Part shown: one piece after another, positions 23,092-38,940 of the stretch
Numbering within the stretch: position 1 is the stretch's first letter
Layout of the letters: the number at the start of each line of letters is the position of its first letter
Source of the DNA: Mantamonas sphyraenae STR306
Lineage: Eukaryota > Protista > CRuMs
NCBI GenBank assembly: GCA_026936335.1
Contig: JAPMXV010000055.1
Location: 124,001 to 188,000, forward strand
Length of the DNA stretch: 64,000 bases
Direction of reading: 5' to 3'
The notes under the pieces: model-generated
Seen by the model: the letters and a program-made list of their open reading frames with translations, nothing else
Databases searched by the model: none
What the model was told of the DNA's origin: nothing
Position numbers and translations under genes: made by a program

Positions 23092-24491
23092 TCACCCGGT
23101 GCTACCGGTGACTGCAGCGACTGCGGCGGCGGCAGCAGCAGCGTCGTCGCTATCGTCGATGGAGTTGCGCGTTTGGCTGGCTGTGGAAGCGCTGTCGCTG
23201 TTGTTGGACTCGGAGTGGGCCAGGTGGGGTACGGAAAAGGTGGGACCCAGGGTGTGTTCGTCTTCGGGCGCTTTGGTGGGAAACAGGGCCTCTTGGACGC
23301 TGAGGGCGCGTGGGCGTGCGCCACCTGTTCCTGTGGCGCTGCTCTCACTGGTGTGCGAGGCCACAGAGGAACGGCGACTGGTACTCCTGCTGCGCCTGCC
23401 CATACCCATACCCATACCCGCCATCTGACCCACGGGTGACCCGGACACGGAGGAGGAGCGGAGCGCGAGGAGCGGAGAGACGGACCGGTAGCCGCCGTCG
23501 TCCTGCGACGACGTACGCCTGGTGCGAGGCGACAGGAGCAGCGAACGGTCCATGGCCGATTCGACCTCATTGGCAAGCTGCACGGTTTCCTCTCGTGCCT
23601 CCTTGGCGAGTTCGTGTTCGCGAGCAAGGCGCATCTGCAGCAGCTGCTTCTCACGTTCCAGCTGCTGCACACGCTTTTTCAACTCTGCATTCTCTGTGAC
23701 GACTGAGTGTGCGTGTGTGCCATTCGATGTGTGTCCGGGTTGGTGCACGGCGTCGTCGTGGAGGACCGCCGAGGGGACCGCGTGTACGTGAAGTGAACGG
23801 AAGGTGTCAGTCTGGGGCCATTTCCCTCTTCCACGTCTTGGTTGTGTTTGCCACCACTGCAAGCCACGTACGCTGATGGTTCTCTGTCTGCAGGCGCTCC
23901 ACCTTATCTATACTGCTATGGGAAGCCGATGCATTGGGAGAGGAGCTGTGGACGGGAAAGGGGGGGGCCCTTGGGGCGTCAGAACGCGAGGAAGTTGGCC
24001 CAAATCGGGAAGGTGGAACGCCACGCGGGGTTTTCGGGCGACACACACACACGCTCTCTTGGTGTAACTCACCTTGCACTCTTGGGGATTTCTGTGAACG
24101 AATCGTCTGATTCGCGGCCGAGCTCTGCTTCGAGCTGGCGCTTTGCAGCCACGGCCTCTTCCAGGCGCCGCTGGAGTTGGTTGACCACTTTCTCTTGTTC
24201 CGACTCCAGAGCCTGCTGGACGGCGGTCTTTTCGGCGCGTATTTGCTCGAGCTGGTAGCGCACCTGGTTGAGTTTCACCTGTTCGGCCTCCACGGCCGAC
24301 GTCGTCTCGTCGCGTGCGTTCTGCAGGGTCTTGAGCAGCGCCACAGCCCGCTGTTCATCCTCCACCTCCACCGCCTGCACCAGCGCACTGTTGCGCTCCT
24401 TCAGCTCCGTCACCTCACTTTGCAATGCACGCACCTGTCTCTGCAGCGCATCCACGTCGTCGTTCCCCTGCTGCTGCTGCTCCTGGCTCAT
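23092..24491 (-). CDS. Coiled-coil protein, CCDC6/DUF2046-like, three exons
   Basis: LESEQEKVVNQLQRRL-type segments; GT-AG introns join three ORF pieces in frame. Confidence 0.55.
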
Positions 24492-24610
24492 GCGGCGGTC
24501 AGCTGGTCTCGTGCTTGGTTGGCCCTGCGCGTGTGGTTGGTTCGCAGAAAGGGTAACGGGTGGGAAGGGGAGGGGGGACGGGTGCAGGTCAGTGATTGAG
24601 TGGGTGATGG

Positions 24611-27600
24611 ATGGAGAGTGGGCTGCGACGGCTGGACCAAACCACGTCGACCGACATGCAGAAGAGAAGAGCAGAGCAGAGCAACGAGGCAGACTCGCCA
24701 AGTGTGCTCATGCGCATGTCTCGCACCTTTGACAGTGCCTTTCGGCGGTGGTTCACTGCGCAGGGCCGAGCTGTGGGCAACAACCCGATCAAAACCATTC
24801 TGGCTTCGGTCTTCCTCACTGCACTCTGCGGCGTGTTTATCGTCAACATCCAGTTCATCACCAACCCCGAGGATCTTTGGGTGCCTGCAGACAGTGTCGT
24901 ACGTGGTTGCCCGTCCCCGTCCATCCTCCATCTGTGTGTGCATTTGGGCCCTTTTCTCCGTGGCGTGTCTGAGTACTGACCTCCGCCCTCCGCCCTCCCC
25001 TCCTCCCTCACAGGCCAAGCACCACGAAACAACATTTAACAAGCAGTTTGGTATGTGGTTGGGATGTCGTGTGTGTGTGTGTGTGTGTTTGTGTGTCTGT
25101 CTGTCCTGTGCGCATGTGGGACGGCCCCTTTCTGGCCATCCCTCCTGTGTACACGCCTTGCCGCTGTTGTTGTTGGCCATGACCATGCCCAGAATGGTGT
25201 TGCTGACCCAATCTTGTCCACACACGTTGCACAGGAGCATTCTGGCGTCTGGAGCAGATTATCTACACGTCAACGACGCCTGGGGCCAACGTGTTGACGT
25301 ATGTTTTGCGCACGGCGGTTCGGCGGAGCAACCACACATGCGCCAGCCCGGCCGCGTCCTCCCATGACGAGGCGGTTGCCAATCGCCTCACCCGTGCTCA
25401 CACAGACACGTGCACACTCATGCTCACACCCACTGACACCCGCACTGCCCCCATCCACAGCAAGGAGAACATTATTGCCATGCAGAAGATCGACAACGTG
25501 ATGCGCAACTTTAGCGTAAACGCAGGCGGCAAGACATGGACACTGGACGACTTGTGTTACAAACCCATCATTGGGCGCGGCTGTTACATCAACACTGCCG
25601 CAGGGTACTGGCAGAACGACCTGTCCAAGATGGAGGCCATCCAGAACCAGCAGCAGATCTTTAGCACGGTGTCGACCGCCAATGGTGCGTGGGCCTCCCC
25701 CTTCCCCCCATGGTGGAGCAAGTGAATATGGAGGTGAGATGAGACCTCGTGACGTAGTTTGCTGACACCCACCCACACCCACACACCCATACACACGTGT
25801 GCAGTGCTGAACGACATCGGCGTGCCTGTGCTGGCCAACACGGTGATGGGCGGGGTGACGCGAGACGACCGCAACCAGGTGACCAAGGCACAGGCGCTGA
25901 TTGTGACGTACTTTCTGCTGGCAGAAGAGGAGTACGAGGCGGCGGCGAGCGAGTGGGAATCGCTGTGGCTGAAGGAGCTGGAGAAGCCCGTGGAAGGCAT
26001 GCACGTGTACCGGTGGGCACAGCGCTCGATCCAGGATGAAATCAACCGGGAGTCGAGCACAGACATTTCCACAGTGGCCATCTCGTACGCCGTCATGTTT
26101 GTGTACATTTCGGTTGCGCTGGGCTCGTTCCACCTTGTGCGCTCCAAGTTCCTGTTGGGTCTGGGCGGCATCATCACGGTGAGCATGGCCCTGGTGATGG
26201 GCTTTGGGTTGGCGGTGCTGTTTGGCATCAAGGCCACCCTGATCATTTCCGAAGTCATCCCCTTCCTCATTCTGGCCATTGGCGTGGACAACATGTTTAT
26301 CCTGGCCAACACCATGGACCGCACCGACGCCTACCTGAGCATCCCCGAGCGTCTGGGCGACGCCCTGGGCCACGTGGGTGCCTCGGTGACCCTTGCCTCG
26401 CTGGCCGAGTTTGTGGCCTTTATGCTGGGTTCGTTCACGCGCATGCCCGCCGTACAGGCCTTTTGCTTCTACGCAGGCCTGGCCATCCTGGCAGACTATC
26501 TGTTGCAGGTGACCTTCTTTGCAGCTCTGCTCTCGCTCGACGCACGGCGTCAGGCAGAGCGCAGGGTGGACCTTGCGCCGTGCATCAAGCTGGACGACGT
26601 CACCATGCCCGACGTGGACGACACGTCGTGTGGGGCCAACTTGTCGCGCGGCACGGTGGTGCAGTCGTTTGTGAAGGATGTGTACACACCGTTCCTGATG
26701 AACCCGTGGGTGCGTGGCGTGGGCATTGTGCTGTTTGTGGCGTTTACCCTTGTGTCGGGCTACTGGACGTTGCAACTCAAGGTGGGCCTGTCCCAGCAGA
26801 CGGCCTTGCCCACCGACTCGTATCTGCTGCCCTTCTTTGACAACCAGAACGAGTACCTGGAGGCCGGCCCTCCGTTCTACGTGGTGATGGAGGACTGGAA
26901 GTACGAGTACGTGAAACCGCTGGCCAAGTACAACAACATGGATCCGGTCACACACATCTTCAACAACTATGCAGAGCTTGCGTCGGACAAGAATCCGTAC
27001 GTGATGCAGGGCATGCTGTACTCGTGGCTACACGATTACATCAGCTGGGCGCGGCACTGTCCGCCGCACAACATTGGCCTGAATGACAAGACGGCCCTGC
27101 CCACGGAGGAGCAGTTTATGCCCTGGCTGCACGAGTTTCTCTTCAACACAACCTGTGGACCCAACAAGAAGCACTGCCCGTCGCTGTGTGGCACGGCGTA
27201 CCAGGACGACGTGGCGTTCTCGGACAACGGCACCAAGATTGTGGCCCACCGCCTGCGTGGATACCACATTCCGTTGAAGAAGCAGAGCGACTACATCAAC
27301 GCACTGCGCGTGGCCAACTACGGGGCCAGCGAATCGCCAGAGGACATCCCCACCTTTCCATACTCGGTGTTCTACGTGTTCTTTGAGCAGTACCTGTTCA
27401 TTGGCGAGGTGGCCGTGACCAACATGTTGATGGCGTCCGGGGCCGTGTTTCTCGTCACGCTGCTGCTGCTGGGCAACCTGTCGACGTCGTTCCTGATCCT
27501 GCTCACGGTGGGGATGATCGACGTCGACCTGCTGGGTCTCATGTACCTGTGGGACATCCGCGTCAACGCCGTGTCTGTGGTCAACATGGTGATGGCCATC

Positions 27601-28041
27601 GGCATTTCCGTGGAGTTTTGCGTGCACATCGGCCGCTCATACCTGACGCAGACGGGCACGCGCGAGGAGCGAGCACGCAAGGCCATGGTGGACATGGGCT
27701 CCAACGTGCTGTCGGGCATCACCATGACCAAGTTCTTTGGCGTGGTTGTGCTCGCCTTTTCGCCCTCACTGCTTTTCCAGGTGTACTATTTCAGGATGTA
27801 CTTTGGCATCGTCGTGTTTGGTGCCCTGCACGGTCTCTTCTTCCTGCCAGCCATGCTGTCGCTCATCGGCACCACAGAGACCATTGTGGAGGGCGACCTG
27901 CACCTGAACAAGGACATCGGCGACCGTCGCGGCCTCATCCAGGCCGAGGGTGACGGCCTTGACGCCGACGACGACCAGACTGTGTTGAACTCGGGGGCGC
28001 AGAAGAACTACGGCACCGTGGATCGACGTGCTGGGAAGTAA
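24611..28041 (+). CDS. NPC1-like sterol-sensing (Patched/RND) transporter, four 5' introns; start may be 24656
   Basis: TNPEDLWVP, FGAFWRLEQI, EVIPFLILAIGVDNMFIL, MPAVQAF, GPPFYVV, FPYSVFYVFFEQY, HGLFFLP. Confidence 0.92.
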
Positions 28042-28118
28042 ATGCGGAGAAAGACGATGGGAGGAAATGAAGGATGATTGTGTCAAGTGCAGAGTGCGCA
28101 AGCGGGGCAAAGTGAATC

Positions 28119-28640
28119 ATGCCCGCGAAAAAGGACAAAAAGGGCGTGCGGCATCCAGATTCACTCAACCGGATCAATTTCCTGCACCAACTCTCCCTTT
28201 TGTCCAACGCCCCATTGCGCTCACAGGTGGCGTTGGGCTCGTTCTACATGCATACGGCGGCCACGGTGGCGCAACGCAATGTGCTTCGGTTGTACGTCGC
28301 GCGTGAGCAGGAGGAACACGAATGGGAATTGCCTGGACGCTGACAGGTGGGGTGGGGTGTGATGTGCGCGTGCATACACAGGGACAAATCGATCAAACGC
28401 ACTGTGTGCCGCAAGTGCGCGACGCCGCTGATTCCTGGAGAGACCGCGCGGTATCGTGTGAACCGCCTTGTGCAGGCGCATATGAGTATCACGTGTTTGC
28501 ATTGTGGCCACGTAAAACGCATTGGGTTGTGGAAGGAGAAACACGCTCGGCGGAAGCAGAGGCGGAAGGGGAAAAAGGCCAAAGGGAAGGGAAAAGTTGT
28601 GGAAGGTGGACAAGACAGAGATGTCAAGGACAGCAGGTAA
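28119..28640 (+). CDS. RPP21: RNase P subunit Rpp21/Rpr2; intron 28292-28381
   Basis: RINFLHQ, KRTVCRKC, CLHCG zinc ribbon. Confidence 0.85.
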
Positions 28641-28707
28641 CGGCGAATGTGGGAGGTGCAAAGTGGGTTTACTATCTGTGTGTGTGTGTGTGTGTGTGTA
28701 CTGTCCT

Positions 28708-29647
28708 CTACGCGCTGTTGGACACGAGGCCGCCCTTGCTGTTGCTGCTGCTGCTGGTGACATACCCAGCCTCTGCCAGATCTCGTGTGGCCACGTGGAA
28801 TGTGACCTTGACCTTGCCTGTGCTGTACGTCCGTGTCACCTCCCTGCCCGTGCCCTTTGTGATGAACGAGTCGTCGTAGTACTCGGGCGCCGTCCCCGTC
28901 AGCATCGACGTAAACTGCTGCAACAGCGACGTCGACTTGGGTGCATACGTGTGGATGTACTTTGTCGTGCTGTGTGTAGAATGGGGACCAAAGGGGAGGG
29001 GGGAGCGTCAGCAAGGGCCAAACCCACACACCACCAGGCACCAGGCACCAGGGGACACACACACACACACACACACGCACGCACCTGCCCGACTGCAGTG
29101 GCACATGGGTGGTGCCGTATCCAGCCAACACCAGCCTGCCCAGCAGGTCGTATCTGTACAGAGTCAGGGCCAGCTGAGGCCAGCCCGCCGGGTTTGTCGA
29201 AGTAAAGCTCGCCGAAAGCGGCATGTTCCAGGTGAGCACAGAGCCATCAGCACCCTCTTTCTTGTATGCAATCTGTGTGGTGCCAAAGTGTGGTCCCTGC
29301 CATTGCGTGTGGTGTCACGTCCTTTTGTGCGTCAGCATCGCCGCCTTTGTCGTAACCGTTTCCAATCCAGCGCGCCCAAAACACGCTCCCGTCCGCCTCA
29401 TGCGCCATCCTTGCATCCCACTCACATCCACAATGTCCCAATCGTAGCCTGTACACACAAACTCAAACTTGCAAAACACCCCGTCTGCCCCGGGCATCTG
29501 TGTCCATCCGCAGCGCGTGTCAGCGAACCCAACGCGGCCTCCGCCCTTCACTCGTTCTCCCGCCTCTCCACCCACCTCGGCCGTGTCAATCTGCCCGTTG
29601 ACATTCAACATGAACTGCGACGTTGTGTCACCCGCCGTGCTGCTCAT
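28708..29647 (-). CDS. B9D1: Ciliary transition-zone protein B9D1, copy 1, multi-exon
   Basis: [41 protein letters not shown]. Confidence 0.87.
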
Positions 29648-29739
29648 GCCGCCTGTTGCTGTGCTGTGTGTGCCTTTGGTCGATGCGGCGCAGAGTGTGC
29701 CATCGCAACCCAAACCGGAAGCACAAACCAGCCTTGACG

Positions 29740-31199
<1,460 letters not shown>

Positions 31200-31265
31200 A
31201 GCGTGGGCGTGAGGGAAGGAGGCAGCAGAACAACAAACAAAGGGAGATGTTGAATGCTGATGCGT

Positions 31266-32349
31266 ATGCCCGTCCCCGATTGCACCCATTGCACCAACGA
31301 AACCCCGCCAATGAGCACCTACGGAGAGTGGGACACCACGGTGGAGGACCTGTTTGCCAGCAAGGAGTGTGTGTATGTGCAGGCGCCAATGGTGCGGTAC
31401 TCCAAGCTCCCGTTCCGGCTGCTGTGTCGGCGGTGGGGCGTTGACCTGTGCTTCACGCCCATGATCATTGCAGACGCGTTCAATCGCTCGGAAAAGAGCC
31501 GCAACATAGAATTCACCACACATACAGACGACAACCCGCTGATTGTACAGTTTGCAGCCACGTCGGACGTGGAGCTGACGCTGGCTGCCCAGAAGGTTGC
31601 ACGCCACTGCAACGGCGTCGACATCAATTGTGGCTGCCCGCAACGCTGGGCATGCGCAGAGGGCATTGGATGCGCCATGTTGGAGAAGCCGCAACTCATC
31701 TGCGACATGGTGCGTAGCGTCCGCAACGAGGCAAACCTGCCGTGCAGCATCAAGATCCGTCTCCAGGACGACCTGCGCAAAACATACGACCTGGTCGCAC
31801 AAGCAGAGGCTGCAGGCGTGGCCTTTATCTCTGTGCATGGTCGCACACGCAAGGAGCGCACACAAGTGGATGTGCGCTGGGAGGACGTCAAGACGGTAGG
31901 TTTTTGCATCTTGGCCCCCCCAGCTTTCTCGCCGCTCCCCTTCCCCGCTCACGCCTCCATTCCGCATACAGATCAAAGAACTCAGCTCGGTGCCCATTGT
32001 GCACAACGGTGACGTGTTTTCCCTGGCAGATGCACTCAAGTTCTCCGAGCTGACGGGAGTCGACGGCGTCATGTCCGCACGGGGCATCTTGCGCAACCCT
32101 GCCCTCTTCCTTGGGTACGATATCCCCCCCATGGAATGTGTCATGGACATGTTGGACCTTTCCATGCGTTTGGGCTCGCCTCTGCGCCTTACACGCCACC
32201 ACCTGGCCCAGATGATCTTGCCCATGTGCTCGTCCTCCGAGGCCAAGGAGTTTTCACGGCTCAAGACCACCGCCGGGATCATCGACTACCTTCGGGCTCT
32301 GGGTGCAGAAAAGACAGATGCGTTTGGACCACGAGGTGATGGCAAGTGA
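31266..32349 (+). CDS. DUS4L: tRNA-dihydrouridine(20a/20b) synthase; intron 31896-31971
   Basis: APMVRYSKLPFR, PLIVQFAA, GVDINCGCPQ, VHGRT, NGDVFS, GVMSARG. Confidence 0.88.
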
Positions 32350-32400
32350 GTGTGCGCTTCATGGAATCGGTTTTTGTCGATTTTGCAGTTCATTTTCAGC

Positions 32401-33723
32401 TCACTTGAGGTCGCCTGCCAGCTTGGAGGCGTTGACAATCTTGTGCCAGTCGACCTTGTTGCCTGTGATGGGCAGCTTCTTGCGCAGGTTCTTGAAAGTG
32501 GTGTCGCTGAACGTTGCGTTGGTGTAGCCGAGGTCCTGCAGGTACTCCTGCTCGGCGGCCAGGATGTTCTCCACAATGGATGCTGCTGTGCTGTCGGCGC
32601 CACCGTTGGTGTTCACCGTGTATGTTGCCTCCTTGTTGGTGGTCAGCTGCACGTTTCCCTCCTCGTAAAAGTGCACAACCGTCTTGAGCACACCCTTCAG
32701 CTCGCTGCCCTTCAGGGTCCACGTGGCACGCATGCGCCCGTTCCAGAAGTTGTTGGGCGAGAACTGTGCCGAGCTGATGCACACCGTGAGCTCGTTGTTG
32801 CGCGAGTACACAGCGGCCACGCCGTTGGGGTACCAGTCGCCAATGTGGGCGTCCACTGCGTCCTGCACAGCCGCCCTGTTTGTGTGCACGTCCGCCGTGT
32901 GTACACATCACCGTGGCCCCGCCGTGTGTTCAAAGCATGTTTCCGTGTGATCCCTGTCTGTGTCAGCCTCCACACCCATGTTCCTTGGCTCGCACACGCA
33001 GCCGGCCTTGTCCATTTCTCCCTCTCAAAACCAACCTGAGCGTTTCGTCCGACGCCTTTTCGCTGCTCTTCAGCTCACGCACGCCGTCCACCTTCTGCTC
33101 AGTTCCCACACGCCCATTTGTTGTGTCAGTGCCCACTCGTGTGCATGTTCTACATCCGTGTGCATGTCCTGCACAGCCGCCTACGCAGCCGCAGCCGTGC
33201 TTTTTTGTGCGACCCAAAAAAAGAGGGCCGTCGTTCATCAACCGGCCCGTGTACACGCCCATGTGCACCTTGGCTTCGTGGCACACGGGGCCTGTGCGCC
33301 ATCTCCAGGCCTCCCTCGGCCACTCACCTGCTTCACGTGGTCAAAGGTAAACACCTGGCCACCCTTGGGGTCGATGTACTCCTTTGTGTCAACCTCGCCT
33401 GCCTCCGTCACCAGCACCTTGTAGTCAGCCCCCTCCAGATCCACAGCGATCATCTGGTCCACATTGTAGGTGCGGAATGTCTGCAGAGCGCTGGCGTTCA
33501 GCAGCTGGTCGTTGTCCACCAGCGAGCGGACGTCTGCGTGTGCGTGGCTGTGTGTGAGCGTTGGTGTTGTGTGCTGCGCCACCCCCCCCCCTCTTTGCTC
33601 CTGCGTCCGCCCCTTGCTCGTTCTCCCTCACGTACCCACGACCACCTCGTTGAACTCTCCAGGTGGAGCAGACAGAATGAACTTGGTTGCAATGGCAATG
33701 CGCTCGGAATCGCTGACCGACAT
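32401..33723 (-). CDS. F-actin capping protein alpha subunit, multi-exon
   Basis: FILSAPPGEFNEV, NFWNGR, VHFYEEGNVQL, FKNLRKKLPIT. Confidence 0.92.
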
Positions 33724-33786
33724 CTCGAGTTTTCCCTGTTTGTCTGCCGCGCCCTGCGCCGCCAACCGAAATCCACACCGGAAACC

Positions 33787-34878
33787 ATGGGCAAGGGTGG
33801 AGTCAAGGGAACGGGCAACATCAACGAGCTCATGCGTCGTCTTGAGACCATGGAGATGGAGCTCGACCCCAACGGAGGCCAGGAGAACGACAACAAGCCC
33901 GCCAAGAAGCTGGACAAGTTTGGCCGCAAGAAAGCTGACGCCTCCCAGAACCTGCGCCACATCCGCAAGGTAAGGCCCACCAGCCATATGTGCCACGCCC
34001 TCCCCTCCCCGATTCACGGCTGCGTTGCCCCCTCCTTGCTCCTCCCTACCAATGCACGGCGCATTCAGCCTTGGCGAGCCCTGCCCCTGCGCGCCCGCGA
34101 TTTCCCACGAGAGGGCTTCAACGAATTCTCTGGGTTTTTGCCCGCCCACGGCTCACACCCACACCGGCAATCCACACAGATGATCAAGGAGCGTGACGAA
34201 CTGCTCAACGGACGCGGTGGCAACAACGGCGAGGCCGTCAAGCTGTCGGCACAGATTCGGCAGAAGATCCGGGAGGTGAAGGAGGATGCCCAAACGATGG
34301 CCAAAATCCAGCGCGAAAAGGAGCGCAAGCTGAACAAGAAGAAGCCCGAAAACAGGGAGCTGCTGGACAAGTACAAGAAGGTGGTGGACCTGACGTTTGG
34401 TCACATCGAAGAGTGCGAGCGCCTGGACAAGGCGCGCGGTCAAGAGCGCATGGAAAACAACCGCAACGAGCTCATGTCTGGAGCCACGTCGACCAAGCGC
34501 AGTCTGTACATTGATCCCACCGAGACAGAGCTGGACGATATTGACGACATCGAGGTCCAGCAGGCCCTGCAGGAGTTTGAGGAAACCAACGCCAAGATCG
34601 ACGACATTGTCGACGAGATCCACGAGGACGTGCATGTGCTCAAGAACATGGCTCGTGACATCGGCGACACCGTCGACCGCCAGAACATTATGCTGGACGA
34701 GGTGAACAAGAAGGTCGAAAAGAACATCGACCACGTCAAGCACGTCAACAAGCGCCTCAAGAAGATCCTCAAGAACGTCCGCTCGGGCGACCGCTTCATG
34801 ATTGACTTTATCCTCATCGTCATTGTCATCGGCATCATCGGCTGGGTCGTCACCAAGGTTGCCAAGGTGTCATTTTGA
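33787..34878 (+). CDS. Qc-SNARE, SYP7-like; intron 33970-34179
   Basis: Helical N-terminus (SAQIRQ), SNARE motif with central Q (VDRQNIML), C-terminal TM anchor. Confidence 0.75.
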   Translation: MGKGGVKGTGNINELMRRLETMEMELDPNGGQENDNKPAKKLDKFGRKKADASQNLRHIRKVRPTSHMCHALPSPIHGCVAPSLLLPTNARRIQPWRALPLRARDFPREGFNEFSGFLPAHGSHPHRQSTQMIKERDELLNGRGGNNGEAVKLSAQIRQKIREVKEDAQTMAKIQREKERKLNKKKPENRELLDKYKKVVDLTFGHIEECERLDKARGQERMENNRNELMSGATSTKRSLYIDPTETELDDIDDIEVQQALQEFEETNAKIDDIVDEIHEDVHVLKNMARDIGDTVDRQNIMLDEVNKKVEKNIDHVKHVNKRLKKILKNVRSGDRFMIDFILIVIVIGIIGWVVTKVAKVSF

Positions 34879-34993
34879 GAGGGAATGAAGGAAACAAAAC
34901 GAGAAGGCAAGCACAACAGCCACAACACCGCATCAGCATTCAACATCTCCCTTTGTTTGTTGTTCTGCTGTCTCCTTCCCTCACGCCCACGCT

Positions 34994-36453
<1,460 letters not shown>

Positions 36454-36545
36454 CGTCAAGGCTGGTTTGTGCTTCCGGTTTGGGTTGCGATGGCACACTC
36501 TGCGCCGCATCGACCAAAGGCACACACAGCACAGCAACAGGCGGC

Positions 36546-37485
36546 ATGAGCAGCACGGCGGGTGACACAACGTCGCAGTTCATGTTGAATGTCAACGGGC
36601 AGATTGACACGGCCGAGGTGGGTGGAGAGGCGGGAGAACGAGTGAAGGGCGGAGGCCGCGTTGGGTTCGCTGACACGCGCTGCGGATGGACACAGATGCC
36701 CGGGGCAGACGGGGTGTTTTGCAAGTTTGAGTTTGTGTGTACAGGCTACGATTGGGACATTGTGGATGTGAGTGGGATGCAAGGATGGCGCATGAGGCGG
36801 ACGGGAGCGTGTTTGGGCGCGCTGGATTGGAAACGGTTACGACAAAGGCGGCGATGCTGACGCACAAAAGGACGTGACACCACACGCAATGGCAGGGACC
36901 ACACTTTGGCACCACACAGATTGCATACAAGAAAGAGGGTGCTGATGGCTCTGTGCTCACCTGGAACATGCCGCTTTCGGCGAGCTTTACTTCGACAAAC
37001 CCGGCGGGCTGGCCTCAGCTGGCCCTGACTCTGTACAGATACGACCTGCTGGGCAGGCTGGTGTTGGCTGGATACGGCACCACCCATGTGCCACTGCAGT
37101 CGGGCAGGTGCGTGCGTGTGTGTGTGTGTGTGTGTCCCCTGGTGCCTGGTGCCTGGTGGTGTGTGGGTTTGGCCCTTGCTGACGCTCCCCCCTCCCCTTT
37201 GGTCCCCATTCTACACACAGCACGACAAAGTACATCCACACGTATGCACCCAAGTCGACGTCGCTGTTGCAGCAGTTTACGTCGATGCTGACGGGGACGG
37301 CGCCCGAGTACTACGACGACTCGTTCATCACAAAGGGCACGGGCAGGGAGGTGACACGGACGTACAGCACAGGCAAGGTCAAGGTCACATTCCACGTGGC
37401 CACACGAGATCTGGCAGAGGCTGGGTATGTCACCAGCAGCAGCAGCAGCAACAGCAAGGGCGGCCTCGTGTCCAACAGCGCGTAG
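36546..37485 (+). CDS. B9D1: B9D1, copy 2 (one extra Ser in the C-terminal AGC run)
   Basis: Mirror of 28708-29647. Confidence 0.85.
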
Positions 37486-37674
37486 AGGACAGCACACAAA
37501 GGAGCAATAGATTCGTATTCAGTGCATGTTGTGTTGTGATCTGCATAGCGGCGGGGTCGTCTACTGCTTTCCCGTTCGTGTTAGAGTGGGAATTGTCGGT
37601 TTGTCGGGTTTGGTGTGCAAGAGAGCGTGGTAACGAGAGGGTGGAACGGTTTATCTTTGGTACACAGAAGGGGT

Positions 37675-37730
37675 GTTTTCCTCTTTAGAACAGAATGGGT
37701 TGTGGCATTATTTGTGTTTTGAATGCCAGG
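37675..37730 (-). promoter_or_regulatory. Histone 3' element of H2B
   Basis: Minus strand CCTGGCATT-CAAAACACAAAT-AATGCCA-CAACCCATTCTGTTCTAAAGAGGAAAAC. Confidence 0.85.
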
Positions 37731-37855
37731 TTTTTGGGTTTTTTGTGTGCCGCGAGGGCGGATGTTGTTGTTCACCCGCCTCCGTTGCACGAGGGTAGGT
37801 GCGTCCCAGTGGCCGTGCAGTACAGGTCACTGGTCCTCACACACCAACAAGCTGT

Positions 37856-38194
37856 TTATGCCTGGGTGTACTTGGTGACGGCCTTGGTGCCCTCGCTGAC
37901 GGCGTGCTTGGCCAGCTCTCCCGGGAGGAGCAGACGCACAGCGGTCTGGATCTCTCGGCTCGAGATGGTGCTCTTGCGGTTGGCCTTGGCCAGACGAGAA
38001 GCCTCGTTGGCGATGCGCTCAAAGGTGTCGTTGATGAACGAGTTCATGATGGACATGGCGCGGTTGGAGATACCGGTGTCCGGGTGCACCTGCTTCAGCA
38101 CCTTGTAGATGTACGAGGAGTAGGTCTCCACGCGGCGCTTGCGACGCTTGCTGTCGTCGTTCTTTCGTACAGACTTGCCTGCCTTCTTTGCCAT
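37856..38194 (-). CDS. H2B: Histone H2B, intronless, short N-tail
   Basis: [47 protein letters not shown]. Confidence 0.98.
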   Translation of the reverse strand: MAKKAGKSVRKNDDSKRRKRRVETYSSYIYKVLKQVHPDTGISNRAMSIMNSFINDTFERIANEASRLAKANRKSTISSREIQTAVRLLLPGELAKHAVSEGTKAVTKYTQA

Positions 38195-38550
38195 TTTGAT
38201 GGGTAGTGTTCCTTGTTGGGGATGGGTTGGGCGGTGTGGGGCTTTTGGCGCGCATCGGTATTAGTATACGGACACCCACCGCCTATGCAGGAAATTCACC
38301 GTGGGATGTGTGCGGGTATGCGGATTGTTTATGCGGTGTACGTGGTGATATGGAATGTGTAGCGGGTAGGATGGGTGTGTGTGGGAGGTAGGAGAGCGTG
38401 TGGAGGGCGCATGGGGGGAATGCGATCGCGAGGGAATCCCGTTTTGGACAGCCCACCGCACACGCAGATTTCTAGGTGTACAAATACGCGATGAACCAAC
38501 CAGGCGCCGCACATCCCAACCCAAACCTACCCGTTTCAACAACCTACAGA
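38195..38550. promoter_or_regulatory. Putative bidirectional H2B/H2A promoter
   Basis: Spacer between divergent H2B and H2A starts. Confidence 0.6.
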
Positions 38551-38940
38551 ATGGCAAAGAAGACTTCCAAGGCTGCGGCTCAAGGCCGCTCGCGTTCCAG
38601 CAAGGCTGGTCTGCAGTTCCCGGTCGGTCGTGTGCACCGCCACCTGCGCAACGGCCGCTTCGCCGCGCGCATCGGCGCTGGCGCCCCCGTGTACCTGGCC
38701 GCTGTGCTGGAGTACCTGACGGCTGAGATCCTGGAGCTGGCTGGCAACGCTTCGCGAGACAACAAGCGCAAGCGTATTGTGCCGCGCCACATCCAGCTGG
38801 CTGTGCGCAACGACGAGGAGCTGAACAAGCTGCTGGGCGACGTGACCATCGCTCAGGGTGGTGTGCTGCCCAACATCCACGCCGTGCTCCTGCCCTCCAA
38901 GACCAAGAAGGACGGCAGCAGCCAGTCGCAGGTGTTCTAA
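38551..38940 (+). CDS. H2A: Histone H2A with H2A.X-like C-terminus SQSQVF
   Basis: [42 protein letters not shown]. Confidence 0.98.
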   Translation: MAKKTSKAAAQGRSRSSKAGLQFPVGRVHRHLRNGRFAARIGAGAPVYLAAVLEYLTAEILELAGNASRDNKRKRIVPRHIQLAVRNDEELNKLLGDVTIAQGGVLPNIHAVLLPSKTKKDGSSQSQVF

